DNA of 64,000 bases from the NCBI RefSeq assembly GCF_964213995.1, contig NC_135801.1:26660001-26724000 (forward strand), read 5' to 3'. Below the pieces are notes generated by a model, which did not search any database, had not been told where the DNA came from, and saw only the letters and a list, made by a program, of their open reading frames with translations. This DNA is from Mustelus asterias. Its lineage: Eukaryota. A program made the translations under genes and the position numbers. Shown here in pieces: positions 48,499 to 61,231 of the stretch. Numbering within the stretch: position 1 is the first letter of the stretch; every line of letters begins with the position of its first letter.

Positions 48499-49034
48499 AC
48501 TGACTTAATTCGTGCAACTTCACTTGGTTTAGGATGTCTTGGAACCGCCCCAGTGAGTGGCTAAGGCCCCATCACTATACAAGGCTGGCAACATACAGCA
48601 CCTTGTAGGTTAACTGCTATGTAGTTAGCTCATTCATTCATTGGAAAATTCGTAATGTTGCCTGCCTTGAGATTGTCTCTAAATCCATGACACTCTCGGC
48701 ATAGCTGAGATACTCCATCAACTGTGAGTTTCATGTTGAACGCCATTTTCCATTGTGATCCAGTCATGTTCACTTTAACTGGGCTATTCTGACATTTTGT
48801 TTCCTTTTTGGTTGCTGTGATTCAGCTGCATTTTTCTCTGAGATTCATTGGGCTTCTGCATTTTTGCCTGGGGGGGCATGGGGTGGGTGGTTGTTCACTT
48901 TTTCTTCAATTAATTGATGCTTGGCTTAAGATTCTGAGATAGACTCACAGCATTGATCTCCTATCAATTACATCAACTCCCCAGTTTCTATTCTCTAGGA
49001 CTGCTACTGAACTGTACCAAAATTAAAAACAAAA

Positions 49035-49338
49035 TAAATAAAGTTTACTAGTCACGAGTAACTTCCATTAACATTGCAATGAGGTTATTGTGAAAATCCC
49101 CTAGTCGCCACACTCCGGCACCTGTTCGGGTACACTGAGGGAGAATTTAACATGGCCAATGCACCTAACCAGCACATCTTTCTGACTGTGGGAGGAAACC
49201 GGAGCACCCGGAGGAAACCCACACAGACACAGGGAGAACATGCAGACTCCGCACAGACAGTGACCCAAGCCGGGAATCGAACCTGAGTCCATGCCGCTGT
49301 GAGGCAGCAGTGTTAACCACTGTGCCCCAGTGCCACCC
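49035..49338 (-). mobile_element. V-SINE, alternative tail
   Basis: Full-length, reverse orientation. Confidence 0.88.
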
Positions 49339-50224
49339 ATAAACAAAAACCAGAAGTGAGGATCGTCCCTGCACTCCAGCAATTCTGTTACTTTCACAGA
49401 CCATGTGCAATCCGTTGCATGATTGATTCCAAATAGTCCTTTCTGTTCTGCTTATTTGCCATTGATGGAATGAAAACTGAATGGATTCTATAGCAGGCAG
49501 TCAATTCCTTTCACCATTTAATTCCCAACTGTGAGGGTTAAAATTGCCCCAATATCTTAAGCATTAAGTTATTACTGGTATGTGGTGGACTTTGTGGCAT
49601 TGCTGATGTACTCTGTCTCCTTAGGACACTCTCTATTTCCTGCTGTCTCAGGACCTGGTGTGGTGAGGGGTTCGAGCAACCTCTCCTCTGATGGTGGTGG
49701 TTGATGTATCCCTTTCATGTCGTTGCCTGGGGATAATTGCAATCTCCTGCCAGATGGTTCCATGAGGGATCCTAACTGATGTGACAACTTTCCAATCTTT
49801 TGTCCCAGTTGTGTTTTGCCCTGCAGCTGTTGGGCTGTCTGGGATTGTCAGATTCTGTCCGCCTCCCTTTCCCTGAATCATCCAAATTGTCTCCGATTCA
49901 TCTCGACATCCTTATAGAATTTATTTACTTGACATGGTAGCTTTTTTATGTACAGTAAATAACATGACAGAAAAGAACTGGATCAGGAGCCTGTGGACAT
50001 GGTCTCTGTTCTTGAAAGGACTTGATAGCAGAATTAAACACTGTGAATGTCATGATCCTTACAGAACCTTGCAAAATAAAGCTACAGGATACCAATAGTG
50101 TGTATCTTTGATGAGATATCTTTGCTTAGATATGTACACACACATACAGATGTTTCTACATACACATATGTATATGTCTTTACATATCTATGCACATATT
50201 GGATATCCTGTAGTTTTACTTTGC

Positions 50225-50246
50225 ATATATATATATATATATATAT
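50225..50246. repeat. (AT)n microsatellite
   Basis: About 11 AT units. Confidence 0.9.
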
Positions 50247-50729
50247 AAAATTAGTTGATATTACAAGCCTTTATATGTGGGAGTCAGCTATTGCATTGGT
50301 TTAGAATATCTGTCATCTGCTGTTGTAAATTGCTTAAAACATTATAATCATATTATTCCTTCAAGCGACACTCATGTATGGTTCTGCAATTTCATTACTA
50401 AAATTATGTATTATGTGCCAGGGCATCAGACAGAGAAAAAAAAACAGAGAAACTGCAAAAAAATTCAATTCCACCCTGCAGCAGCAAAGCTGTACGCTGA
50501 AGTCTCACAAAGAACATCGCAAACTGTGTAGACAGTCACATCTTTAGCTTCACAACTCAATTACATTGATGCAAATTATCAAATCAACGGGGGAATGCGA
50601 GCACTCCACCTCCACATCAGATAATAATTAAACTGAGCACGACAAATCTCAACATTTTTATTACTGTTACGTACAGAACTGTTTTACTTTCACAATACAT
50701 AACCCCAAACAGAAAACAAAATGTGTGGC

Positions 50730-50929
50730 NNNNNNNNNNNNNNNNNNNNNNNNNNNNNNNNNNNNNNNNNNNNNNNNNNNNNNNNNNNNNNNNNNNNNNN
50801 NNNNNNNNNNNNNNNNNNNNNNNNNNNNNNNNNNNNNNNNNNNNNNNNNNNNNNNNNNNNNNNNNNNNNNNNNNNNNNNNNNNNNNNNNNNNNNNNNNNN
50901 NNNNNNNNNNNNNNNNNNNNNNNNNNNNN
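50730..50929. other. Assembly gap (200 N)
   Basis: N run flanked by an identical 80 bp sequence (50650-50729 = 50930-51009). Confidence 0.99.
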
Positions 50930-51377
50930 CAACATTTTTATTACTGTTACGTACAGAACTGTTTTACTTTCACAATACATAACCCCAAACAGAAAACAAA
51001 ATGTGTGGCCGGACAGATAATTCACCCTGCTGTCTCCAGACGATGCCAACTGACCAATTTATAAATACCAAATATAATTCCGCTGGTCAGTGCACTAACA
51101 ATCTCCCGATAGAAAAAAAAACAAACACACAATAATTCACTAATCAACCACCTTCCCACGTCTACTGGAGCTGCAAATTAATTACTTGTCAGTGATTTTT
51201 TTTAAAGTTGCATGTATATTTACGTTAAAATACAACATGAAGCAAATGCCCGTAGCTAAAAACGAGATACTTCCAAATCCAGAGATTTGTAAAAACAAAG
51301 GTTAATTATGAATAGAGCACCACATGCACAAAAATAAGAACAGAAAGTGGCTAGGAATAATCAGCAGGACTGGCAGC

Positions 51378-51890
51378 ATAGAATCACAGAATCCCTTAGT
51401 GCAGAAAGAGGCCTTTCAGCCCATCGAGTCTGCACTGACAACAATCCCACCCAGGCCCTATCCCTGTACCTCATACATTTAGAATCATAGAATCACAGAA
51501 ACATGGAATCACAGAATCCTACAGTGCAGAAAGAGGCCATTCGGCCCATCGGGTCTGCACCAACTACAATCCCACCAAGGTCCTATCCCCATAACCCCAT
51601 ATACTTACCCTGCTAATCCCCTGACTCTGGGATCAATTTAACATGGGCCAATCATCCTAACCCACACATCTTTGGACTGTGGGAAGAAACCGGAGCACCC
51701 GGAGGAAACCCACGCAGACACGGGGAGAATGTGCAAACTCCACACAGACAGTGACCCGAGGCCGGAATCGAACACAGATCCCTGGCGCTGTGAGGCAGCA
51801 GTGGTAACCACTGCCACCGTGCTGCCCCAAATTAACCTGCTAATCTCCCTGACATTATGGGGGAAATTTAGCATCGCCAATCCACCTAAC
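51378..51890 (-). mobile_element. Nested HE1 V-SINEs (SINE inside SINE)
   Basis: Tail fragment 51378-51480, full copy ~51481-51828, and the outer copy resuming after it. Confidence 0.85.
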
Positions 51891-52016
51891 TCTCAACTGC
51901 CCTCAGGCAACTAGGGATGAGCAATATATGTTGGCCAGTCAGTGACGCCCATGTCCCAGGAATGAATTTTTTAAAAATCACCACAGGAGGCCAACTGCAG
52001 TAATTTTCCAAAGTGA

Positions 52017-52485
52017 ATCATAGAATCACTATAGTGTGGAGGTGTAAATATATGAATAGGATGGGAATGGAGGAATATGATCCCCGGAAGGGTAGGGGAT
52101 TTTAGTTCAGTTGGGCAGCATGGTCAGTGAAGGCTTGGAGGGCCGAAGGGCCTGTTCCTGTGCTGTAATTTTCTTTGTTCTTTGTTCTTTGAGGTCATTT
52201 GGCCCATTGAGTCTGTACTGATAACAATCCCACTCAGGCCATATCGCCGCAACCCCACATATTTACCCTGCTAGTCACCCTGACACCAAGGGGCAATTTA
52301 GCATGGCCAAACAACCTAACGCGCATATCTTTGTAGTGCGGGAGGAAACCGGAACACCTGGAGGAAGCCCACGCAGCCACGGGGAGAAGGTGCAAACCCC
52401 ACACAGTCACCCAAAGCCGAAATTGAACCCGGGCCCCTGCAGCTATGAGGCAGCAGTACTAACCACTGTGCCACACCGTGCTGCC
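52017..52485 (-). mobile_element. HE1 V-SINE with CR1 3' tail (+, ~52045-52190) inserted
   Basis: SINE tail interrupted by GGGCAGCATGG..GGGCCGAAGGGCCTGTTCCTGTGCTGTA..(GTTCTTT)n. Confidence 0.82.
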
Positions 52486-52538
52486 TCACAGTCTGTGGGG
52501 AGAGAAACAGACTTAATATTTCAGCTCAAAGATCCTTC

Positions 52539-54005
52539 AACAACAATAACTTATATTTATAGAGCATCTTTAATGTAATGAAACATCCCAAAGTGCTTCG
52601 CAGGAGCATTATAAAACCAAGTGCACGGAGTAACGGAAGGAGATATTAGAATCATAGAATCCTACAGTGCAGAAAGAGGCCATTCGGCCCAACGAGTCTG
52701 CACCAACCACAATCCCATCCAGACCCTATCACCATATATTTACCCACTAACCCCTCTAACCTATGCATCCTGGGACACTAAGGGGCAATTTAGAATGGCC
52801 AGTCAACCTCGCCCGCACATCTTTGGACTTTGGACATTAGGTAGGATGACCAAAAGCTTGGTCAAAGATGTAGTTTTCAGAAGTGCCTTCAAGTAGGGAA
52901 GTCAAGTATAGAGGCAGAGAGGGTGTTGAAGAGTGTAGGCAACTGAAGGCAGGACAACAAATATTTGTAAAATTAGAACTGTGAATGCCAACAAGGCCAG
53001 AATTAGAGGAGCGCAGACAACACAGAGGGTTGTACATCTGGAGAAGGTTACAAAGATAGGGAGGAGCAAGGCCATGGAGGGATTTGAAGAAAAGGGTGAG
53101 CATATTAAAATCAAGATTTTGCTTGATTGGGATCCAATATAGTTTACCTTTATTTATTAGTGTCACAAGTAGGCTTACTTGCAATGAAGTTACTGTGAAA
53201 ATCCCCTCGTTGCCACCCTCCGGTGCCTGTTCAGGTACACTGAGGGAGAATTTAGCATGGCCAATGCACCTAACTAACACATCTTTCGGACTGTGGGAGG
53301 AAACCCACACAGACACGGGGAGAACATGCAGACCCTGCAGAGACAATGACCCGAGTCAGGAATCGAACCTGGGTCCCTAGTGCTGTGAGGCAGCAGTGCT
53401 AACCATTATGCCACTGTGCCGTATGTAGTTGAGCACAGGAGTGAAAGGGGAACAGATCACGCTGCAAGGTGAGACACGGACAACAGAGCATGGAATTACC
53501 TCCGTTTTATCGGAAGTAGAGTGACAGACCAGCTGGGAGAATGTTGGAATAGTTGAGTCTCGAGGTAAGAAAAGGCCTGGATGAGGGTTCCAGCAACAGG
53601 TGAAGCTGAGGCAGGAGTTAAATCAGGCAATGTTATAGAGATGGAAATAGTGGAAAAAGTCTCAGTGTTGGCGTGAATATGAATTCAGCAACTCATCTCA
53701 GGATCAAATGTGACACCAGGGTTGCAAACAGACTGGCTTAATCTCAGACTGTTGGCCAGGGAAAGCATTGGAATCAGTAGCTAGGGAACGGAGTTTGGAG
53801 CAGGAGGGGTGGTGGGGGGGGGGGGGGGGGGGGGGGGCGTCCAAAACATCCTGGTCATTTTGTTGGAGGAAAGTTCTGCTTCTCCAGATGCTGGATGAGC
53901 AGTCTGATAACTGAACAACAATGGAGGAGTCGAGAGGGGCAGCGGTGAGGTCGAAGTGGCTGTCATCAGCGTATAGTGAAAAATAACACTGTGCCTTCAC
54001 ACGAT
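52539..54005 (-). mobile_element. L2 LINE 3' portion, with V-SINEs nested at 52648-52835 and 53142-53421
   Basis: FSLYADDSHFDL (RT motif, ~53975); LYWIPIKQNLDFNMLTLFFKSLHGLAPPYLCNLLQ; L2-type 3' end. Confidence 0.85.
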
Positions 54006-55019
54006 CTTGTGGAGGGACAGAAAGAAAATCAACCTGAAATGCTGGGTGATAATCTCTCAGCCCGTCCGTGGCGGGTTTGGTAGCAGGTGGGAGCGGAGAA
54101 TCAAGCGGGAGCCAAAAAGTCGGAAACCACATGGCGTAAAATCACATTGCAATTCTCCCACTGGCGGGTTAATGGTGAGTTGGTCTTCCCGCCGGGAATT
54201 CCATTTGCATTCATTTGCACCTCATGAATGCTCATTAACACAGCTGCCTGGCAGGCCTTTCAATCTTACGTCTCGCCAGCAGGAAGGTTCGTCAGTCTAA
54301 AACCCAATATCTAAAGGGTGGCCTTTCACAAGACACAAGGTCTTCGTTCACTGACTCCCCCACTCCACCCCACCCCACCTCCGTTTCAAAGATCTCAGAC
54401 ACAACTGTCAATGAAATCCTAAATCTCGCCGCCCCTGAGTCTTTGATCAGTGTCAAGTGGGATGGGACCATTTTTGAAGTTATACTTAAACAAATGGCTG
54501 TTTCGCTATCAAAATTAAATGGATTGTCGATGCTTGACAGTGACAAAGCTGTCTGGTCCTTCATTCGATCTGTCTGCAGTAACTGGGAATATATGTCTCT
54601 GCATTCGGCCTGCATTAATGCATGAGGATATATTTGTTTAACAGACCATCATCCCAATGCATATAAACTGACCTTTGCAGACTCTAGTTTACCAAAAAAC
54701 TCCACAATTAACCCGATGTGTGCTGTTTTGTAGAACTGTGACTATACAAATTAAAAATAAATCACAGACAAAAAGTTGTTTTATCACATCCACTTACTGC
54801 TTTACTGCAGGAAAATGAAGACTGAACCTGGCTGATAATGCAGATCCAAAGACCTCAAAGTTTAGACCCAAAGTGTGCCATGGAGCTTTAGAGAAAGGGT
54901 TTCCAGTAGGGAATACAAGTGCATGGTACCGGACAGTTAAAGAAAAGGGCCAAGGGTAGCTGGGATCCCAATCTCCTGAGCTCCTGTATCACAGCTCTAG
55001 AAGGTTCCCTGACATTGTT

Positions 55020-55297
55020 TAAGTTTTCAGTTTATTTATCAGTGTCACAAGTAGGCTTACATTAACACTGCAATGAAGTTACTGTGAAAATTCCCTAGTC
55101 GCCACACTCTGGTCCCTGTTCGGGTAACACTGAGGGAGAATTTAGCATGGCTAATGCACCACATCTTTCAGTGTGGGAGGAAACTGGAGGAAACCCACGC
55201 AGACACGGGGAGAAGGTGTAAACTCCGCACAAACAGTGGCCCAAGCCGGGAATTGAACCTGGCACTGTGAGGCAGCAGTGCTAACCACTGTGCCATC
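55020..55297 (-). mobile_element. V-SINE, alternative tail
   Basis: Reverse-complement copy. Confidence 0.86.
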
Positions 55298-55328
55298 GCA
55301 TTTTGAGATGTTGGCAATGCGACACAAT

Positions 55329-55499
55329 GGGGGAAATTTTCCCGTCCCACGTGCCACGGGAATCGTAGTGACCGGCTGGGGGGTGGGGTGGGGGGGGGGG
55401 AAGGGGGGGGGGGGTGGTGGGGGCAGACCATGCAAAGGCCTGTTGACCTCGGGCGGGATTTTCCAGTTTTGGGGCAAACGCGGCGAGAAAATCCCGCCT
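55329..55499. mobile_element. Harbinger-type MITE
   Basis: GGGGGAAATTTTCCCG / CGAGAAAATCCCGCCT, TSD AAT. Confidence 0.7.
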
Positions 55500-55680
55500 A
55501 ATGTTCACAAATCTCTCAGCCGTCACCCAATCAGCCCATGCCGCTCCAGAGAACTATCAAATGCTCCACGGTGGTACTCTCTGAGTACTCTCGGACCCCA
55601 GGGTCCTATCAACATACCAGTAAACCTTGAGACCCTATTCCAGCACTTGTATATACACCAGGCTACCTTCCCAATAATCC

Positions 55681-56007
55681 CACGGTGGCACAGTGGTATA
55701 ACCCCACGGTGCCTCACAGAGCCAGAGACCCGGTTTCAATTCTGACCTCAGGTCGCTGTCTGTGTGGAGTTTGCACATTCTCCCCATGTCTGCGTGGGTT
55801 TCCTCCGGTTTCCTCCCACAGTCCAAAGATGTGCAGATTAGGTGGATTGGCCATGCTAAATTGCCCCTTAGTATTAGGGGGATTAGCAGGGCAAATATAT
55901 GGGGTTACGGGAATAGGGCTTGGGTGGGATTGTGGTCAGTGCAGACTTGATGGGCCGAATGGCCTCTTTCTGTATTGTGGAGATTCTATGATTCTATGAA
56001 TTCTATG
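55681..56007 (+). mobile_element. HE1 V-SINE
   Basis: Full-length copy. Confidence 0.88.
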
Positions 56008-56073
56008 ACACCCCTCAATGCAATAAATTAGCAATCCTTACTGATACACCTTGTCAATCTGGTTTATGTTATT

Positions 56074-56238
56074 CATAGAATCCCTACAGTGCAGAAGGAG
56101 GCCATTTGGTCCACTGACAACAATCCCACCCAGACCCTATCCCCAAAGCCCTCCCCTGTATTTACCCTGCTAAACCCCCTGACACTAAGGTTCAATTTAG
56201 CATGGCCAAGCCACCTAATCCGCATTTCCTTGGACTGT
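56074..56238 (-). mobile_element. HE1 V-SINE 3' half
   Basis: Tail region only. Confidence 0.78.
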
Positions 56239-56751
56239 TAACCTCTCCCAGACACTGTACTTTTCCTCAACCACCCTGGATATTAAGTCTTTTCTCCACC
56301 AAGTAAGTGTTGTTCTCAATATATTTATCTTTTCTGATTAGCTTCATTTTAAATTTACTGGCTGTAAGTTGAAATCCCCATCCTCAAAAAAGAAGCCATC
56401 TTCAGATTGCACTTGTCAAGTAATTCCTTATTTGTAAAATGACAATTAATCAAAAATGCATATTGTTTCTAGTGATTGCAAACATCAATGTCCAAACCCT
56501 GAGGTGCTTGCAGGGTTTTTGCTTCATTTAGCCGTGCGCCAAAGACAGACTCGGATTCAGAGAAATTACAACAATGCCATCTAGTGGATCTGAAATAGGA
56601 TTGGTCTCTCGATTTTCTCACTGTTTAGTTTTTTATGTCCTCCTTAGCTTTGCCCTGTTCCATATTCCATGCTTCCCCTGTTCCATGCATTCTTCCCAGC
56701 CTGAGAGGGCAGGTGGACTGTCTGTTCATAACTCCACTTTACATTGGTTTT

Positions 56752-57587
56752 TGTTATGGTTCAGGTCAGAAACTCCGACGTGTTTCATGGAGCCCGCCTG
56801 GGTCATAAGATTTGCACCTTGAGGTTGGTTAGGATAAGCATGGTAGGTTTCACCTCGGGTATGATTCAAATGATCCACTAGGGAGCTTTTATCAAACAAA
56901 GTTTATTTAAGAATATTGTTAACATTTATAGTAAGAATATTAGCAATAACATTTATAAATTACAAACAAAACAAAGCAACCACAATAATGTATAACCCTT
57001 AACAAATATATCTAAGAGGTTCTAATCAGACCAACCCCATAAGCAAAACCCTTCCACTGGTTTAACACAGCAAAGGTCAGAGCTCGCGTGATATTGGAAT
57101 TGAGTCCTTTGGTTGAAGAATTGAAAATCCTGACTTCTCAGCTTGTAACTTCTCACAGTCCTCTGCATACACTCGGAACAGTTTGAAGTCAGAACACCAG
57201 GGAAAGACTCTGGTCAAGCCACCAACAGCAGATTTTCCACTGCAGGAAGGCAAGAAGCCTTGCTTTCAGCTAACCAGCAGAACTTCCAAAACCCAGGGAG
57301 AGAGAGAGAATTCTTTCAGCCTGATGTCCACTCCCTTCTGCTGCCAGCCAAAAACAGAAAATGAAACTTTGAATTCCTCAGGAAGGAAAAAAACCCTGAC
57401 CAGAACCCATGACTTTTTCCTCACAATGCAGGGCCATAAAACAACTCAGAGTAAAAATAAACAACTCCCAGTTAAACTACTGAAGGAGCAATAAAAGGAT
57501 TCCTACAGACAACCCGGCAACAATGAGAGCTGAGAGCTACAGAGAACATGATTTTTTAAAAACTCTTAAAGGTACAAGAATATCACA
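56752..57587 (-). mobile_element. Probable solo LTR (836 bp)
   Basis: Ends TGTTAT...ATCACA, flanked by TTTT on both sides (possible 4 bp TSD); AATAAA on minus strand at ~56905. Confidence 0.6.
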
Positions 57588-58016
57588 TTTTCAACAGGCT
57601 AATTTCTTCTTATCTAAGAAGAAGTGTCTTGTCTCTGTGTCTGAGAGATACACAGAAGTAGTGACATTTTTAGCGGTAAGGTTTGATCACCTGCAACATT
57701 GCCGACAAACACTTGGAGGAAAGGCGAGCGTGGTGTTCCCTGTGTGTTACCCAATACTGCCACTGCCTCCACCTCTGGGCCAGTTCAAGTCCAACACCAG
57801 GACTTGTCGGCCACGGAAGGAGTGCTGATAATGCGGATCGCCAGCTGATAATCAGCTCGGGAATCCTTTCCCCACTATTCCCCAGAGAGGGAGAAATGTG
57901 TATGAAGAACCGCTATAAAAATAATACTGCCATTGTTTTGTTTCTCTTGCACATTTTCAGTTGACAGCTGAGGGTTTCTTTGTCCATTGAGATGGCATTG
58001 TAAACTTCAATATTTG

Positions 58017-58310
58017 GGGGAGATTGTGGTGCAGTGATGATGGCACCGGAATAGCAATCCAGAGGCCCAGGCTAATGCTCTGGACACAAGGGTTCAAATC
58101 CCACCATGGCGGCTGGTAGAATTTAAAATTCAATTAATGAAATCTGCGTTTGAAAACTGGTGTCAATAATGGTGACCATGAAGCTTTTGATTGTCATTAA
58201 AGAAAACCTATCTGGTTCACTAATGTCCTTGAGGGGAGGTTCCATCTGGTCTACATAGGACTCCAGACCCACTGCAATGCAGGAAAGTGACACCCATATC
58301 TCATAAAAGG
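58017..58310 (+). mobile_element. tRNA-derived Meta-domain-like SINE
   Basis: GGTTCAAATCCCACCATGGC head; GGTGACCATGAA..GATTGTC..TCTGGTTCACTAATGTCCTT core. Confidence 0.65.
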
Positions 58311-58369
58311 ATTTTAAGAAAATCTCAGCTTTGTGGGTCCAAAGCTGGCAACAGCTTTTTAAAAAAATA

Positions 58370-58790
58370 TTGAATGGGACATGGACATTGCTGATAAGGC
58401 CAGCTTTTGTTGCCCATCCCTTGAACTGAGTGGTTTGCTAGACCATTTCAGAGGGCAGGTCAGTGGGACTAGGTCCAGGTGCAGGTCAGTGGGAATAGGC
58501 AGAAAAATGGTTCGGCACAGCCAAGAAGGGCCAAAAGGCCTGTTTCTGAGCTGTAATGTTCTATGGTTCTATGGCAACTATGAGTCAACCACATTGCTGT
58601 GGGTCTGAAGTCACATGTAGGCCAGACCAGGCAAGGGTGTTACCTCCCATAAAGGGGCTTGCTGGGTATTCCCAGATTTAAAGTCATGGTAGGATTTAAA
58701 CCCATATCCCAAGAGCAATAGTGTGGGCCTCTAGGTTACTAGTCCAATTATATTACCATTATGCCACCATCTCTCCAGGCTGGTCCTGTT
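58370..58790 (-). mobile_element. Meta-domain-like SINE, reverse, with CR1 tail insert (~58460-58573)
   Basis: Reverse complement of CTGGTCTGGCCTACATGTGACT..CAGACCCACAGCAATGTGGTTGACTC. Confidence 0.6.
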
Positions 58791-59342
58791 GGCGGAGTGC
58801 CATTTGCTTTCTGTACGGTGACCAGTTACTGGTCAGTGAAGGAGTTCAGTACTGCTATGGTATCTGTATCTGTAAATGGAAAGGGTGGCAGTCCCCAGCA
58901 AGGACAAGCTGTCATCCCTTCATATCTGTGATGATTACCTGCCACCTCTCTTAACCACTCTGTGCCTCAATTACTTACAGCAGCATCCCTTACCCTCTCG
59001 CTGTCCTGCTACTCTCCAGTAGCTTATGTAAGGTACCCCGGCACCAAGGAAGACTGAATCAATGGTGCATGCGATTATGCAAAGGCAGCTTCCCAGAGAG
59101 AGAGAGTGGGAGGAGAATTGCTTGTGTGAAACCTGGAAGAGAATTTAGTTGTTTGTAATGTTTGATTTCAAATAGATTGCCCAAGTCCATGTTTCCCCTC
59201 TGTCTTTTGCATCTCTCACCATGGCGAGTGTGCTATAAACCCACATGACGTGATCTTAATTCCACTATTTAAAGGGACAAGGAAAAAATTATACTTGGAG
59301 TAGCTTGGAGGTTTTGTAAGGAGACAGTGAAAGTGAGAAAGT

Positions 59343-59470
59343 ATGGATTCAGGACAAGCAAGGTCAGCTCCCAGATTTAACAATGCTTCCCTTGACTTAC
59401 TGCTGGGTGCTGTCATGAGCAGGAGGAAGATAATTTTCTCCGATAATTCCCTGGGGACAATGACAGATTC
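59343..59470 (+). mobile_element. Remnant of Harbinger Myb/SANT-like accessory ORF
   Basis: MDSGQARSAPRFNNASLDLLLGAVMSRRKIIF fits the R..RF....LE.LL..V..R..VLF start of Myb/SANT-like (MSANTD-type) domains. Confidence 0.5.
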
Positions 59471-59671
59471 ACCGACATACTGCAGCGTGCAACACCCTCC
59501 ATCTCACCAATACAGAGTACTCACCACGTTACCCCTCACACTCATTTAAGTTTGGACATCGCTATTCCTTCACTGTCTACACCATTCTTCACCACCCCAT
59601 TTATTCATCTAACTCTGCCAGCCAGATCCATCAGTCCGACAGTCACGCTCTCATCCATCAAGTGAAAATTT

Positions 59672-60075
59672 TAAAGTTTATTAATGTCACAAATAGGCTT
59701 ACTGCAATGAAGTCAGTGTGAAAATCCCCTTGTCGTCACACTCCGGTGTCTGTTCGGATACACTGAGGGAGAATTTAGGTTAGGTGCATTGACCCAAAGA
59801 GGTGCCGGAATGTGGCGACTAAGGGAATTTCACAGGAACCTCATTGCAGTATTAATGTAAGCCTCACCTGTGATTAATAAATGAACATTACTTTAATACA
59901 ATATAGCATGGCCAATGCACCTAACCAGCACACCTTTCAGACTGTGGGAGGAAACCGGAGCACCCGGAGGAAACCCACACAGACACAGGGAGAACGTGCA
60001 GACTCTGCACAGATAGTGACCCAAGCCAGGAATCAAACCCGGGTCCTTGGCGCTGTTAACCACTGTGCCACCGCC
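59672..60075 (-). mobile_element. V-SINE (alternative tail) with an opposite-orientation SINE tail nested at ~59777-59890
   Basis: Minus-strand copy interrupted by plus-strand tail GTGGCGACTAAGGGAATTTCACAG..TAATAAAT. Confidence 0.8.
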
Positions 60076-61155
60076 CCTATGTGAAGTGAAGTGAATACCC
60101 GCACTTCAGACACTCACAGGTCTGTGCTCCTGTCCCTTATGGGAGAGGACAGCACAGAACATGAGGCAGTGGAAGATGACTGAACATGGCCCAACTCAAA
60201 TTGTGCAGTTCACAGAAGCAAAGGATGGGGCATTGAGATAAATGACATATCAGTATCCCTTACAATTGGAGATGGAGAAGCTGCAAACTCGCAGATGTAA
60301 GATGAAAGAAAGAGAAAATATCCCTGATACATGCTGACTCTTATTCATCAAAGCCTGAACTATGGGAAACCTCAGTATTCTGAATGTCAAGATAGTTACT
60401 TTGCCAGGACTAATTCATATCTGTGCCTTTTGTATTCCAGGGTCTTCACGCATAGAGAAACAGTCTGAGCAAGACTAGTGTGATCCCTCAGAGGACCTTG
60501 TTTCTTCTGTTGGTGTATTGTCACTGGATGACAGCAATGCAACTACTTACACTTTGTTGGGCCCAGTTAGACAGTAAATTGGATTTTCACCTGATGATTT
60601 GTAATCCACAAGTCAGTACAAGGAAATACAGGTGGCAGGGACAACTGTGGAATATCCATATCGGAATGGGGTGGGATGGGGCAGGAACACAATCCAATCG
60701 GTCCAAGCTCTACTCAGCGGAACACAGGCAGTGAAGACTAGGGGGCATAATTGAGAAGGAGAATGATAAAGGTACACCTGCAGCTTTGTGATGTACTGAC
60801 AGACTTGTCATGTAACACTCTCCACAACAGCAGAAAGAATGGAGAAATCCATTTCAACTGGATTGGCGGAATATTAATTGCAGAACTGTCTGCCAAGAGT
60901 TGTGGCCTAGGTGGAATATCAGCATAGCTCTCAAATGAGCCTAAACAGGCTGTGACCACAGCTGTGCAGGAGACACCTGCCACCTTAAACAAGGTGACAG
61001 ATAGCCGTGATCTTACATTGTGCCACTGAGCAGCCCTTGAGCTGCTCTCCTGCAGTGATGTGGTGCTGTCCCAGAAGAGGAACACTGGAAGTGGAAAGTG
61101 CATTCAAAAGATTCCCACTTCTCACTCATTTCTCTTCCCCCTCACACTCCCCACC

Positions 61156-61212
61156 TCAGCCATGATTGACCATGATGAAGTAGGTTGCTTCATCATGGTC
61201 AATCATGGCTGA
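61156..61212. repeat. Perfect 25 bp inverted repeat, 7 nt spacer
   Basis: TCAGCCATGATTGACCATGATGAAG-TAGGTTG-CTTCATCATGGTCAATCATGGCTGA. Confidence 0.95.
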
Positions 61213-61231
61213 TTCTGCCCTGCCCAGGGCA

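Noticed and set aside
49572-49900. Minus-strand ORFs resembling a terminal coding exon
   Set aside because: No recognisable homology, overlapping short frames and no convincing splice acceptor.
50690-51064. ORFs spanning the N run
   Set aside because: Artefacts of the assembly gap.
54292-54625. 107 aa minus-strand ORF (QAECRDIYSQLLQ...)
   Set aside because: No recognisable domain, weak splice signals, and it runs into repeat-like sequence.
637-60084. Many short ORFs with VAQWLALLPHS..GFPPGAPVSSHSPK or RKPEHPEETHADTGR
   Set aside because: These are reading frames through V-SINE copies, not a gene family.
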